Source: Selaginella moellendorffii
Taxonomy: Eukaryota; Plantae; Lycopodiophyta
Assembly: GCF_000143415.4 (NCBI RefSeq)
Contig: NW_003314306.1
Span: 528,897-592,896, forward strand
Length of the DNA: 64,000 bases
Direction: 5' to 3'
Shown here: positions 1 through 13,279 of the stretch, piece by piece
Position numbering within the stretch: the first letter of the stretch is position 1
Layout: the number at the start of each line of letters is the position of its first letter
Notes under the pieces: generated by a model
Databases searched by the model: none
Told to the model about the DNA's origin: nothing
The model's input: only the letters and a program-made list of their open reading frames with translations
Program-made: the position numbers and the translations under genes

Positions 1-1128
1 CCTCAAAGTCACACTTAACATGATTACACTACAACCAATCCATATTAAGGATGAAGTTAAAAGTTTGACTCGGCACTACCCGCAATGACTGCAACCTAAG
101 TTCGAAATCACCCACACTCACAACCAGGTTTGCCTCATCCCGTGCACATGCATGTGTACAGCCGTTGCCATAAAGAATGAAAACTGGCTACAACATTCCT
201 AGTTTGATCTGCTCTGACATATTTGGCTCCGCACAAAGCAAGAAGCTTTGAAAACAAATGCCAAATTGTATCACTGACTCAAATGCCCCTTGACAAAGAT
301 GATGCAATTATTAGAAGGCATCATTACAATCGTCGATATATCTAAATGCACATTTAAAAATGTCCGGGAGAACACTCCAATCCCCCTAAGTGGCTGCACT
401 CAAACCATTGTACCACTGCAACACTGTCCTTTAAAGACATATGGGAAACTCATGCAAATGTCGAGTATTATCCCAAGAATGATATATGGCAATCACCATG
501 AAGTGATCAAACCAATAGTACACATCATCCCTAGGATTCCCACGAAAGAACTTCGGCCGAATGTGAAGATTGGCACCAAGAGCAGGAGGAGTTCTCCCAT
601 GTGCTGTAAATGTTGGTATCAACTGAGTTTGGTTGTTTAATTGCAATCACATAGCATCAAGCAATTGCACCAACTGTTACTCCAGAGTCAGAGGAGGAGA
701 TTATTGCTCTACCATGAAGTTGAATGAAAAGGAAAGAGCAAAAAAAGAGAAATGAGAAAGAAAATTTTAAAAGGAAACGGAGATCTAGACAATGGAAAAG
801 TTAGATCTAAACCAAAATCTTAAAAGGAAGAATTAAAGAAAGGAAATGGAAAAAACTAGATTTAGACGATGCAAAAGCTCAATCTAAACCAAAATCCCAA
901 ATCCAAACACCCCTCAAAAACAATGAAAAGTGCCCCTCATCTCCACCAATGTGAGTGTATGGAATATGAAAAAAGAATACAAAAAATATGTATATCAATT
1001 AGCCCAAAAACCCTAACTTATATACAGGAGCGAGTGGTTTGAATTGAAATCAATCCGATGGCTACTAAAATCTCACTATGCTAATATTAGTATACAGCAT
1101 CATAGCCATATACTTGGACCTCATACTA
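1..1128 (-). mobile_element. Degenerate Ty3/gypsy LTR retrotransposon 5' end (LTR ~950-1128, tRNA-Ala-type PBS 931-948, gag remnant); runs off the window start
   Basis: The minus strand reads LTR end ..CACTCACA then TGGTGGAGATGAGGGGCA, complementary to a tRNA-Ala 3' end. ORF 431-646 has a gag-like FRGNPRDDVYYWFDHF..SWD. The same LTR/gag sequence recurs inverted at 9282-10260 and the LTR at 20770-20947. Confidence 0.8.
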
Positions 1129-2264
1129 TTAAATAATAATAAACTACTTTAACTTTAAGTGAAGAATATTTATAAGAATATTATTTATCCTAGGGGAAAT
1201 TTACACCACCAAATTATATATAAACTAGGTCAGGGAGCTTACTATTTTTATAAAGAAACCTTCTTTAATATTTAATCTTTTGTTATAATAATAAGTAATA
1301 ATGCTAAATCATAAAAATTATATAATGAAGTAATTAATAATAGATTTGTATTAATGATGATTAAAGCTTGATTAGACTCAATCCAGAGTTTAAATTATTA
1401 TTTAAAAAATACTATATCATTTTGTGAACTAAATTTCAAAAAAACCGATATCCATTTTTTTATCATAGTTTTTGCTAAGAAACTAAATAAAAAAACAGAC
1501 CCTTTCTTTTCTGGTGAAAAACTCTGTTGGCAATTGCTAGCCATGGATACCAATATTGTCTCTGCTCGGGCCATAAGGACCTCTTGGGAGCATAAAAGAT
1601 CCAGCCACTTGTGCTGTAATAGATTTAGCTCAACTCTATCATATCTTCAGCTTGTTCATTAGGGGTTTTTTTTAGTAAAATTTAAATTTCCAACAGCTTG
1701 AAAGTTTAAGAGGATAAAATTTAGATTAAAAATTATCCTAGAATATACTTGGATGAGTGCCTCTAAAGCAAGAAGTTAGTAAAAAGTGTACAATCTCTCT
1801 GCAAAGTTCAAAACCATTGTCTGAACCATTGGTGGAACTTCTTTAGGATGCTTAGCTTGGACAAGCTTGCCCTTGTAGATGTCCTTAAAGATCATGTAAC
1901 TACACTCTTCCTTGCTAACTCCTTGTTCTCACATGTTTCTTCCTTAAGCTCCAAGAAATACCCATATTCCACATGATCTAGCCTCATCATCCAACTTGAG
2001 GGGCATCTTCTCAAGCCAGATGGTGAAGATCGTGCTGCAAATCACAGCAGTGACTTATCTAGGAGAGCTTCTATCTAAAAGCTGTGTCAATTTTTCTCAA
2101 GCACTCTCTAGCTTTACGATGGCAAGCTTTGCCATTTTTTGCCCTTGCTCTGGGGTCAGCTTCTTTTGAGTATGTTCTTTTCTAATCTACGATATTTGTC
2201 TTCTTTTTATTAGCGAAAACTAAAGTTGGTTCTACGAATAGTTTTAAATTATTTATATGATATT

Positions 2265-4550
2265 CTAGACTCGAAGAGGAGTTTTTCTGTGTGGTAGCTT
2301 CTCAATCTCCGCGCACAGCTTCCCATCCAGCTCCTTCTCGTATCGCTCCACGCTCGCATTGAACGACGTGACTTTCTTGGCTGCCGCTCGCCGGGGTGAG
2401 CTCTCGTCCGTGGTTGTGAAGCACCGGGTGTTCACGCTAGATTTGCTGCTCTTAATCGGCGTCGCTTGCTTAGATGCGGGCTTTGATGGGAATGTTGTAG
2501 CGCCATTTTCGCAAAAGCCACCACTGTTCTCGTCATTCTCAGCTCGCCGCTTCTCCTTCGCATTCTTCCTTGCCGCTTCCATGTCTTTGACATGGCCCTT
2601 GAATTCCTTGTGCACCACGTCCAGAACGACGTCTCCGTATCTATCGCACCAAGACCTGATAAAGTTTTCGCGTTGAATGTTAAAGCAAGCCAGGAGATTC
2701 TAAAGTGGAGGAACTTACTTTGGAAAGAAGCGCATCAGCTCGGACTTATCGGCCGGAAGCCGTGTTGCAATTGCATCTATTTGATCGTTCCTGTCAGCCA
2801 GTTGCAACGAGTTAGCGTCATGATCATTAGTGCTAACTAGAAGTAAGAGTTCTTACGTGAATGTCTGAGTAGAGCTCGTCCTGTTGATCTCACTCCTTAT
2901 ATGCTCAAGCTCCTTTTTTATGTTTTCCCCAAGAACCTGGACCAACTTCGAGAGTTAATGGCATTCAAACAAGAAGGGAGCTACGTACCTTGTCAATATA
3001 AAAGTCGGTAGAGGCTCCCTTGGCTTGGAACTTCTTTTTAGAGCTAGCTTCGACGGGTGTTGCAGCCTTGTAAGGACATTCCAATGTAGACGCGAAGCCG
3101 TTCTTCTTAGAGCACGCTTCAGTGGATGCAGGAGCCTTTGCAGGACTTTCTATCTTGGACATCTTAGAGCATGCTTCGACTGGAGGCTTGGGAGAGCTTT
3201 CCATCGCAGAAAAGAAACCGTTCTTCTTTGAGGATGCTTCGGCAGACGCGGGAGCCTTGGAAGGACTTTCCATCGTCGTAGACACAAACCCGTTCTTTGA
3301 GCATGCTTCGGCAGATGCAGGAGCCTTAGGAGAGCTTTCCATCGTTGAAAAGAACCCGTTCTTCTGAGTGCATGCCTCGGCTGCCTTGGGAGAGCTTTCA
3401 ATCGTAGAAAAGAACCCGTTCTTCTTAGAGCATGCCTCGACTGAAGCGGGAGCCTTGGGAGAGCTTTCAACCGTCGAAAATAACCCGTTCTTCTTAGAGC
3501 ATGCCTCGGCAGAAGCAGGAGCCTTGGGAGAGTTTCCAACCGTAGAGAAGAAACCGTTCTTCTTAGAGCATACTTCGACGGCCTTGGAAGAGCTTTCCAT
3601 CGTGGACACGGAACCGCTTGGAGAGTGGAAGAGGGGCGACCCGCATTGATCCGAGGTATCAAACTCTGGAGGATCTCTGGCCGGACAGTCTCTGGGCCTG
3701 ATAAAGTCCAGTGCGTGAGGAACTCTTCTCTCGTTATTCTTCCCACTGTGCTTGCGACGAGTCATAGCTTCAAACAGGTGCTTCACCGGTGACTTGCTCT
3801 TCGCTACTCTTTGCATTGCCTCGTCCTTTAGCTTCTCCCGAGGGTCATCTCCTGTTGACTCTGCGTTCTTCATCCTTGATCTCACAGGTGAAGTTGGAGC
3901 ACTGGCGGTGGCTGCCGAGCACGACAGGACAATGTCACTAGCATTGATCTCCGCCCCCTGGGCTGCTAGCCTGTAAAGAAGCGACTTCTTCACCGCGTGA
4001 TACTCTTCCTCCGAGATGCATCGAGCGTACAGAAGCTCCTACAAGTGGAAAGACATCACGTAAGTAAGATCATCAAAGAACTCCATCAAGAAAAAAACTA
4101 TACGATCACGCACTCTTAAGAACTTCAGAACAATGAAAAGTACCTGGAGGAACAGAAGCTTGTCTCTCGTGACCTGGGGGTACTCGCCTCCATCGTAGCA
4201 AACATCGATGTTGTCCAGTATCTTCTGGCGAAAGGACGCGACATCCGATTCACTGACCAGTCCCTCTTGGAACAAACCCTTCATGTTGACAAGCCGGAGG
4301 AACATATCCTGCTGCCACTTGAGATTCTCTGCCTGTTGGTGGCTCGCCCTCCTCTCGGCAAGGCCAGGCGTCCATCCCGCGGCATTGTGCCTGGACGACG
4401 AGCATCGCCGCAACGCCGGGACGAAGTTCCGATACATTTCCATGGCGCTGTCCTAGAAATCCAAAACACTGAGCGGATGGATCCCGGCTAGAGCGAAGGG
4501 AATACCTGGATCGCCTTGAATGAATTGCCGCCGCCTCCTCTTACCGACAT
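2265..4550 (-). CDS. Conserved land-plant protein of unknown function, 6 exons (4506-4550, 4144-4452, 2989-4038, 2857-2936, 2719-2790, 2265-2655), with internal tandem repeats
   Basis: GT-AG introns join in frame: MSVRGGGGNSFKAIQ/DSAMEMY..KWQQDMF..RDKLLFLQ/ELLYARCISEEEYH..LAAQGAEI..DFYIDK/VLGENIKKEL../NDQIDAIATRLPADK../SWCDRYGDVVLDVV. I recognise these blocks from an uncharacterised angiosperm family. Confidence 0.85.
3040..3610 (-). repeat. Coding tandem repeat, ~9 units of 54-66 nt (consensus STMESSPKAPASAEACSKKNGFF)
   Basis: Directly visible in ORF 2965-3993 and as repeated GAGAGCTTTC..AAGAACCCGTTCTTCTTAGAGCATGC DNA. Confidence 0.95.
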
Positions 4551-5234
4551 TGTTGCGCGCTGCTCGGAGACAAAGATTTTGCGAGTGATGCCGATGCGCC
4601 GCGGCTGACGATCGATCGCCTGGAACCCCAGCTCAGCGCCTTCGATTCATACGAATCGATCCTTCTTCTCCTCTCTATTCGCGAGGGTTTCCAAAATATG
4701 AGCTTTGCGGCCCAACGGTCATCCCCATCGCAGCCGTCAACAAACCAACGGCCCAGATCTAGATCTTAGATTCCGGAATCAGAGCTTGTCCGCTAGCGCG
4801 GAAAAACACTACTTAAAGACAAAAATCTGAATATTCTTTCTTTACTATACACCAACCAAAACTCGAACAACGAAGAACACAATCCCGTGATCTTCGAGAC
4901 AATCGAAAATTAAAGAGAAAGAGAAAGAGAGATAGAACGAGAGAGTCATCCAAAAGATAGCTAGAGAGAAAAATAAAGATCGAGACGAAAGAACCTCCAG
5001 AGTGTGTAGTGTAATCTTAAAACTTTCCTTCTCGCCACCACCAGCACCACCACGAATTGAGTAAGCGTCATGATCATAGAAATGACAGTTCTTACGTGAA
5101 TGTCTGAGTGGAGTTCGTCCTGAGTAGAGCTGGTCAATCAAAGCCCAAGTCCACTTGCTCGCGAGGAGCCCATGGATTAGCCGCGGAAGTGGCTGGATCT
5201 CCCGGCGATGATTGCATCGCAAAAACACTAAAGG

Positions 5235-6950
5235 CTATAGCTCAAGGTTGGCGAGATGATCATGCCTCGCCCGTTTTAAGACTGCTTGAAATTCTAGAGT
5301 TTTTCTGTGTGGTAGCTTCTCAATCTCCGCGCATAGCTTCCCGTCCAGCTCCCTCTCGGATTGCTCCACGCTCGCATTGTGACTTTGTTTGGCCGGGGTG
5401 AGCTCTCGTCCGTGCTTGTGAAGCACCGGGTGTTCACGCTGGATTTGCTGCTCATTTGCTTAGATGTGATGGCATTGTTGTGGCGTCGTTCTCGCGACTG
5501 TTCCCAGATCGCCGCTTTCTGCTTCGCATTCTTGCTTGCCGCTTCCATGTCTTTAACATGGCCCTTGAATTTCGCACCAGGATGAAAGTTAGCGAAAGAG
5601 ATCTAATGTGAATGTCAAGGAACTTACTTTGGAAAGAAGCGCATCAGCTCGGACTTAGAGCCATGGTGCAATTGCATCTATTCGATCGTTCCTGCCACCC
5701 ATTTGCAATGAGTCAGTGTCATGATCATAGAACTGTCTGCCTGTTGATCTCGCTCAAGCTCCTTAATGTTTTCGCCAAGAACCTGGACAGACTTCGAGAG
5801 TTAATGCACACTCAAACGAGAAGAGAGATATGTACCTTGTCAATATAAAAGTCAGTAGAAGCTCCCCCCTTGGCTTGGAACTTCTTTGTAGAGCTAGCTT
5901 CGACGGGTGTTGCAGCCTTGTAAGGACTTTTCAACGTAGACACAAAGCCGTCCTTAGAGCACGCTTCAGCTGATGGAGGAGCCTTTGCAGGATTTCTATC
6001 TTGGACATCTTAGAGCACGCTTCGACTGATGCAGAGTTCTTCTTTGAGCATGCTTCGGCAGACGCGGGAGCCTTGGAAGGACTTTCCATCATCGTCTGAG
6101 CATGCTTCGGCGGATGGAGGAGCCTTTGGAGAGCTTCCAACCGTAGAGAAGAAACCGTTGGAAGAGCTTTCCATCGTGGACACGGAACCGCTTGGAGAGT
6201 AGAAGAGGGGCGACCCGCATTGATCCGAGGTGTCAGACTCTAGTCTCTGGCACTGATAAAGTCGAGTCCAGTCCGTGAGGAACTCTTCTCTCGTTATTCT
6301 TCCCACTCTGCTTGCAGCTTCGAACAAGTGCTGCACCGGGGACTTGCTCTTCGCTACTCTTTGCATTGCCTCGTCCTTTAGCTTCTCCCGAGGATCATCT
6401 CCTGTTGACTCTGCATTCTTCATCCTTGCTCTCACAGGTGAAGTTGGAGCACTGGCTGTGGCTGCCGGGCACGACAAGACAATGTCACTGGCATTGATCT
6501 CCGCCCCTTGAGCTGCTAGCCTGTAAAGAAGCGACTTCTTCACCGCGGGATACTCTTCTTCCGAGATGCATCGCGCGCACAGAAGCTCCTAGACGTAGAA
6601 GAAAACTATGTTAGCCCAGCGTTCATCAAGAAAATCACGCTCTCTAGAACTTAAGAACAATGAAAAGTACCTGGAGGAACAGAAGCTTGTCTCTCGTCAC
6701 TTGGGGGTACTCGCCTCCATCGTAGCAAACATCGATGTTGTCCAGTATCTTCTGGCGCAAGGACGTGACATCCGATTCACTGACTAGTCCCTCTTGGAAC
6801 AAACCCTTCATGTTGACAAGCCGGAGGAGCCACTTGAGATTCTCTGCCTGTTGGTGGCTCGCCCCAAGCCCAGGAAGACGAGCATCGCCGCAACGCCGGG
6901 ACGAATAGATTTATGACGAACTGATCTGGGAAATACCTGGATCGCCTATT
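5235..6950 (-). pseudogene. Tandem duplicate pseudogene of the 2265-4550 gene
   Basis: Near-identical exon 3 start (6010-6543 vs 2965-3993), but several deletions and frameshifts, loss of the exon 1 ATG region and of the SWCDRYGD segment. The duplicated unit extends to ~7415 (4845-5050 matches 7200-7415). Confidence 0.85.
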
Positions 6951-7439
6951 CTTGCGCGCTGCTAGGCGCCTGTTTTTATGAGTCCGCGATGGCGATCCGC
7001 CGCGGCTGACAATCCATCGCCTGGAACCCTAGCTCAGCGCCTTCGATTCAGACGAACCGATCCTTCTTCTCCTCTCCTTTGGCGAGGGTTAGCTTTTGTG
7101 GCCCAACGGTCATCCCCATCGCAGCCGTCAACAAAACCAACGATCCAGATCTAGATCTTACATTCCGGAAAGACAAAAATTTGAATATCCTTTCTTTACT
7201 ATACACCAACCAAAGCTCGAACAACGAAGAACACAATCCGATCTTCGAGACAATCGAAAATTAAACAAGAGAAAGAGAAAGAGAGAGAGAACGAGAGAGT
7301 CATATCCAAGATCATCCAAGAAGAGAGAAAAATAAAGATCGAAACGAAAGAACCTCGAGTGTGTGTAGTGTAATCTTAAAACTTTCCTTCTCGCCACCAC
7401 CACCACCACCACCAAGTGCGTGTTCTTTCTCTTGTAAAT

Positions 7440-8553
7440 TCACTCTTCCTTCTCGTCGATGCTGGGCTTGATCACCTTGATGTAAGGAAGAAGCCCGAAA
7501 AAATACCGCAGCTCCGGAGACCAATCCAATTGCTGAGCTCTACAAAACTGTAAGAACATGTTGGCGAAGTAGGACGTGAATCCCATCAAGACGTGCCAGA
7601 GAGCGTGGCCCTGGGGATTCACCGGGAGAGCACTGACTTTGCCGCAAAAGTTTCGATCGATCACCCAGCAAAACGCTGCCACCAGCGTCGTGATGATGCA
7701 CCAGCGAGCCAGGCGCCGAGCGGGAGTGCCTTTGGAGTGGATGTAGTACTTGTACATCCGAGGGAGGCACAGCAGCGTCAGGAACAGATAGTGGAGCTCG
7801 AAACCAAGGACGAATCGAAACTGTGAGTGGAGAATCGCAAACACGGTACCGTAGATGAAGAGAAACGTCGGCATTGTGCTGCGGTAGTGCCAGTCCGGGG
7901 AGTAGAGCACGTAGATGTAGAGGAGCATCACCCAGACCATTGGAGTCTCGTCGCTCTGCTGTTGCCTGGAAGAAAAAAAGTTTTGGAACTTAGAACATAT
8001 AGATCTGAAAACCAAAAAGTCCTAGAGATCGTAGGAGTAGAACTTGGCTTAGGAAGAACTGATAAGAGAACGATTGAATCTACTTGAGAAAACTGGAAAG
8101 TAGAAAGAAAGAAAAAGGATCTCTCAAGCTTGGAAAGACTTGAGAGCTAAGAACTTCGAAGAAAGAAAATGGATCGAGAAAACTGGAAACTTAGAAAGAC
8201 TTGAGAGCTGAGAACTTGAAAAAACGAACACGGATCGAGAAAACTGTAACTTAGACTTAGAACTTGAAAGAAAGAAAAAAAGGGAGAAGAAGGGACTAAA
8301 CTTACGCGTGCTGGAGGGTCGCGTGGAAGAGCATGCTCCCGATGCACAGCGCAATTGTGGCGAGGTGGAGGACGCTGAATCGCTTCTCAAATCGCTGGGA
8401 GATTGAGTTGTAGAGGCCAATGAAGGCGAGGAGGATGCACGGCACATTGGACAGCGTGTTGAAGAACTCGGCAATGTAGCGAGAGCGCTCGTAATTCCTC
8501 TCGCACCACTCTGTGCTGGAAGTGATTGCCCCCCAGTAGCCATTTGCTGCCAT
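7440..8553 (-). CDS. ACER: Alkaline ceramidase (CREST family), 2 exons (8306-8553, 7440-7965), 257 aa
   Basis: MAANGYWGAITSSTEWCERNY..IAEFFNTLSN..GSMLFHATL..QQQSDETPM..NPQGHALWHVLMG; GT-AG intron in correct phase. Confidence 0.95.
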
Positions 8554-10987
8554 TCCCCCGCGAAGAACACACACAGCACCCTCGTCGCTCGTCGCTAAAA
8601 AGTTAGGGTTGACATTGTAGCATCGATCGCTCCCTTCTCTACCACAGCTCGCCACACCTGCCGGCAAAATGGATCAAACCCTAGCATCCGGGCCACAGCA
8701 TTCCTGGCAAATCCCCGCGGGAGCTCACAGGAATCCCTGGAGCTGGCGCGGGAGATCTAGAGAGAAGAATAGACCGACCTCGCCATGGCGATGCGCGCGA
8801 TCGATCGTTGGCGGCCGCGGCAGCTGGATCGATGGATCGAGCGATTCCACCGGCGAGGGGCAGGCGCCACGAAATAACGCGAATTGAGGAGGGCAAAGAG
8901 CGCGGTGGAATATCCAACAGACCGGCGGAGGAATATTCCCTTGCGCGGGGTGTCGGTGGTGGTATCTTCACTGTTCATGGATTCTCGGTCCCATATTTCT
9001 GATATCCAAGTGCACAATATGGGTACTTGCAAGGTCTTTTTCTTTCACAAAGTTTGGGGCTGCTGGCTTTGCAGCTGTGGAATTTACTAGCCTTGATCTG
9101 TTTACACACTGACAGAAGGACCTTTAAGTGTCTTTTTCTCTTTATCTTGATCCCACCAATTGAGTAACATGCTCTAGAGTATAGGTGGGTGTTCAAAATA
9201 CATTATTGGTGGAACTAGGTGGCAAGATAATAACAAACTACAGTAAAAATCTGGAAATTAGATTTTTATTAATGTGTGAATTACAATGCCATATACTAAT
9301 ATTAACATCGTGGGATTCTAGTAGCCATAGATTGATTTCTTTCTGGCTCTTCTATATAAACTAAGGTTTTCAAGCTGTTCTCTTTTCATATTTCATACAT
9401 TTAACATTGATGAAGGTGAAGGGTATTTTTGGTCTCTATTTAGGATTTTGGTTTAGATATAACTTTTGCATTATTTAAATCTCTATTTTCTTATAACTTT
9501 TCTCAACTTTTCTTTTGTTTTTTCCTTTTTATTCATCTTCATGGTAGAGTAGCAACCTTCTTTTCCTTTAACTCTAGAGTAGTAGTTAATGCAATTGCTT
9601 AATGCTATATAGTTGCAATTGAACAATTAAATTCAGTTAATAGTAGTATTCATGGCGTGTGGGATAACTCCTTCTGCTCTTGTTACCAATCCTCACATTT
9701 GGTCAGAGTTCTTTCGTAGGAATATTATGAATAATGTGTACTATTGGTTTAATCACTTCACGATGATTGCCATATATCATTCTTAGGATGATGTTCGACA
9801 TTTGCATAAATTTCCCATGTATTTCCAAAAAATGGCATTGCAATAGTACAATGATTTGAGCATAGCCACTCGCGAGGATTGGAGCATTCTCCTGGACATT
9901 TTCAAACATTCATTTAGACACATTGATAATGTCTTTTAACAATTGCATCATTTTTGTCAAAGGGCATTTGAGTTCTTAATGCAATTTGGCGTTAGTTTTC
10001 AAAGCCTCTAGCTTTGTGTGGAGCCAAATATGTAAGAGTGAATCAAGTTGGGAATGTTATGGTTAGCACTTTGTCAAGATCTTGTAGAAATTATGCATGC
10101 ACTTACTCTAACCACCCTTGATGATACTCTTCACTTAACACAATATTATGAGATATTATTTATTCCACTTTTTGCTACATATCCTTTAACTCCACTCTTT
10201 GTGGGAGATGGTCCTATTTCAATGGAGATTGATACTACTGCTGGCCGAGTTTAAGGATAAGGGCGAGCATATAATTGTGGTTGTGATATCTGCTATTAGG
10301 CATATAATGAAGTTAGTCACACTTATCAACATTATCGGCATTTTCCGGATTGGTGACCTCCATTGGTGACCTCTATTGGAGACTTTGGCATTAACAACGT
10401 CCTATTGGTGCTATTGTAAGGGAAGATTTGGATACCAAGATGCTTTTGGGAAACAAGGAGTCATGCAAGTAGCAAAAGGATCTTATATGAATAAGTCAAT
10501 AACCCTTTCACTTTTCTTTCGGGAGCATTATCAAGGGGTTCACTTAATATTAATTCATCTAGTATTTACTTTTCAAGTTCATTCTTATAACAAGAAGTCT
10601 TTTATTATTAGCTCAAGTTTATCATTTTTTGCTTAGCATGTTGCCATAAGTTGTCATTTACATTTATGTTGTGCGACAGAACCAATTTTCATTCTTTATG
10701 GCAATAGTCATACATTGCCATATATACATATATGCACAGGATGAGACAATCCTATGTGAGACACAAATCCTAGAGCCTCAAAAGTGGAGCCAAAAGGGTG
10801 CCATGTGGTAGTGGCCGAAGCAGAAGCTAAATAAACGTAACACATTTGGATTAAAAGCTCTAACTTGAAAAGTCAAGAGCGAGAGTGGAACTCTCAACAA
10901 AATTCTGAAGGAACGAGCATGAAGAGAGCAATAAGTGAGTCTTTAGAAAAAGAACACAAGAGGACCAACACATAACACGTGGGGTGT

Positions 10988-11380
10988 TGAGATGGACCCG
11001 AGATGGAATTTGAGAAGGAATCCGAGATAAACCCGAGATAGAATTTAAGGTGGAGTCCAAAATAGAGTCCGAGATGGATCAGAGATGGAGTCTAAAATGG
11101 AGTCTAAGATGGACTTGAGATGGAGTCCGAGATGGAGTCCGAAATGAGCCCAAGATGGAGTCCAAGATGGAATTTGATATGGACTTGAGATGGAGTCCGA
11201 GTGGACCTGAGATGGAGTTCAAGATGAAGTCTGAGATGGATCTGAGATAGAGTCCAAAATAGACCCAAGATGGATTTTGAGATGGAACCAAGACTAAGAC
11301 TGAGACCGAGACCAAGAACGAGACTGAGTTCAAGTCTGAGACCGAGTCTGAGTCCGAGTCCAAGTCCAAATCTAAGTCCA
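10988..11380 (+). repeat. Degenerate tandem repeat of 12-mer GAGATGGAGTCC grading into 6-mers (GAGACC/GAGTCC), within an unclassified TE-derived segment (~10400-19030)
   Basis: Directly visible periodicity; low-complexity DLDSDS translation. Confidence 0.85.
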
Positions 11381-11648
11381 AATACTAATACAAGCTGTTA
11401 GGTGAAAGCCCAAAGTGATCGTCCCCAAAGGGGGCAGGGCTGCAAAGGGTTCCAAAAGTATAGTAGGGAGAGTATGAAGGTTAGACTCCAATGGAACTAG
11501 TTTGGCCAGGAAAGGCTAGTGTAACCTAGGAAGGTTATACTTATGTGTTGAGTGATGATATATGCACTGAGAAGTCTAAGACTAGAGTGAATACGGACTG
11601 ATAAATAGGGTAATTTGGTGAAGTATTCAAGAGCCAGCTCTAATTCCC

Positions 11649-12738
11649 TATAGCGCATTTTATTTCTGTAGCACATGTGATCATAAGATGAGATTTGGAT
11701 ATATTGTCACTGTGGATCTTTGAAACCTTGGGGGATAAATGGGGATAAAATAGCTACTAAGGGCTCTTTCATCAAGCAATTGCCCTTTTTACCAATTGGT
11801 TTAAAGGGAGAGAAATAAAGTGCGCTACATGTGGTATCAGATAAAATGGCATGGGTTTAATTCTCATTGATTAGTGGCTACTTAAAAATATAATATACCT
11901 TTGAGCAAAATATATTTCTACCCCAAAATTTGAAATCGTTATGTATTGGGCATCCATACATACGTCCTTCCTCTTATGTGGAGTATCTACGGATGAAGGT
12001 ATCCACCGTGGGATTGCAGTACAGAGGGATGACTAGTTGCCTCACATGGAATAGTTGGTCTACACAATGGAAGGATTGGTAAATTCAATGCAGAAATGGA
12101 GGTGTTAATTCCCCTTGGCTCAGTAGGTGTTGTTAGTCAATAGTTAATGAGGACATTGACATCTTTAAGGATCCATGGTGACAATATATCTAACTCTCAT
12201 CCCATAATCATATGGGTTACACTCACCCCCCCCCCCCCCTTCAAAGATGTCAATGTCTTCATTGACTATTGATTAATAACCCCTACTGAGCTAAAGAGAA
12301 TCAATACCTTCATTTTTGCATTGAATCTATCAATCCTTCCATTGTGTAGATCAGCTATTCTGTGTGAGGCAACTAGTCATCCACCCATATTGCAGTTGTA
12401 CAGTGGATACCTTTGTTCGTAGATGCTCCACCAAGAGGAAGGACATACGTATGGATGCCCAATCCATACGATTTCAAATTTACGGGTAGAAATATACCTT
12501 ACTCAAGGGTATATTATATTTTTAAATAGCCACTAATTAATGGGAATTGAACCCGTGCCATTTTCTCTGATACCATATATAGCACACCCTATCTCTCTCC
12601 CTTAAACCAAATGGAAAAAGGGCAATTGCTTAATGAGAGAGCTTTTAGTGGTTGTTTTATCCCTATTTATTCCCTAAGGTTCCAAGGATCCACGGTGACA
12701 GTATATTCAAATTTCATCCCATGATCACATGCATTACA
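11649..12738 (-). mobile_element. TRIM (non-autonomous miniature LTR retrotransposon) with 5-bp TSD TTCCC; 3' LTR interrupted by a second copy
   Basis: 5' LTR ~12578-12738 (TGTAA..), Met-i PBS TGGTATCAGA (12566-12575), ~330 bp non-coding interior, poly-G PPT (12226-12240), 3' LTR pieces 12168-12221 and 11649-11666. TTCCC at 11644-11648 and 12739-12743. Confidence 0.85.
11667..12166 (+). mobile_element. Second TRIM copy (LTR 11667-11829, PBS 11832-11841, interior), truncated before its PPT and nested in opposite orientation
   Basis: TGTAG..CTACA LTR followed by TGGTATCAGA; the interior is the reverse complement of 12241-12575. Confidence 0.85.
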
Positions 12739-13279
12739 TTCCCTTAGAAGATTAAATAGTCAATGCTCCCAATTCAAGTGTGGGTGGCACTTCCTATTTG
12801 AATACCTGGCATGGCTCAACAAAACTTTACCCTAGCCCCATGGATAGGGCACCCAAAGGCAAAAGGTGGGGAGAGTACCCACAAGGCTCATATAGAGCTA
12901 TTGTGTTCCAAAATGTTATCTCGAAATCCCAAACTATGGAAAGGAAGAAGAGTAATCTTATGGTGCAAAGACCAAGGATACAATCACATGGTGAGGAAGT
13001 CCTGGATGCTAGTGGGGCATAATGGTCAGGCTTATGTGCCTTGACCCAATGGCAATATTGGAAAACATGGCTGTGGATGGAAAGGGACTTGATGGGGACC
13101 AAAAAAGGGATATTGAGGCACCCTAAGGATGCTAAGGAATGGATTTGGGATGATCACTCATGAATAGATGACTTAGTCCTTGAGAGATAGGACTGAGATG
13201 TAAGTGGTGTTGGATCATTGGTGTGACAACAGTGAATGGGCATGGCCTTAGCTTAATAGGTTGATATATTAGTGGTACC

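Noticed and set aside
1500-2200. Minus-strand, protein-like reading with several stops
   Set aside because: No recognisable motif; probably decayed TE or pseudogene sequence that I cannot classify.
10988-11380. Periodic repeat considered as a CRISPR-like array or a coding repeat
   Set aside because: No unique spacers, eukaryotic TE context, and only low-complexity ORFs.
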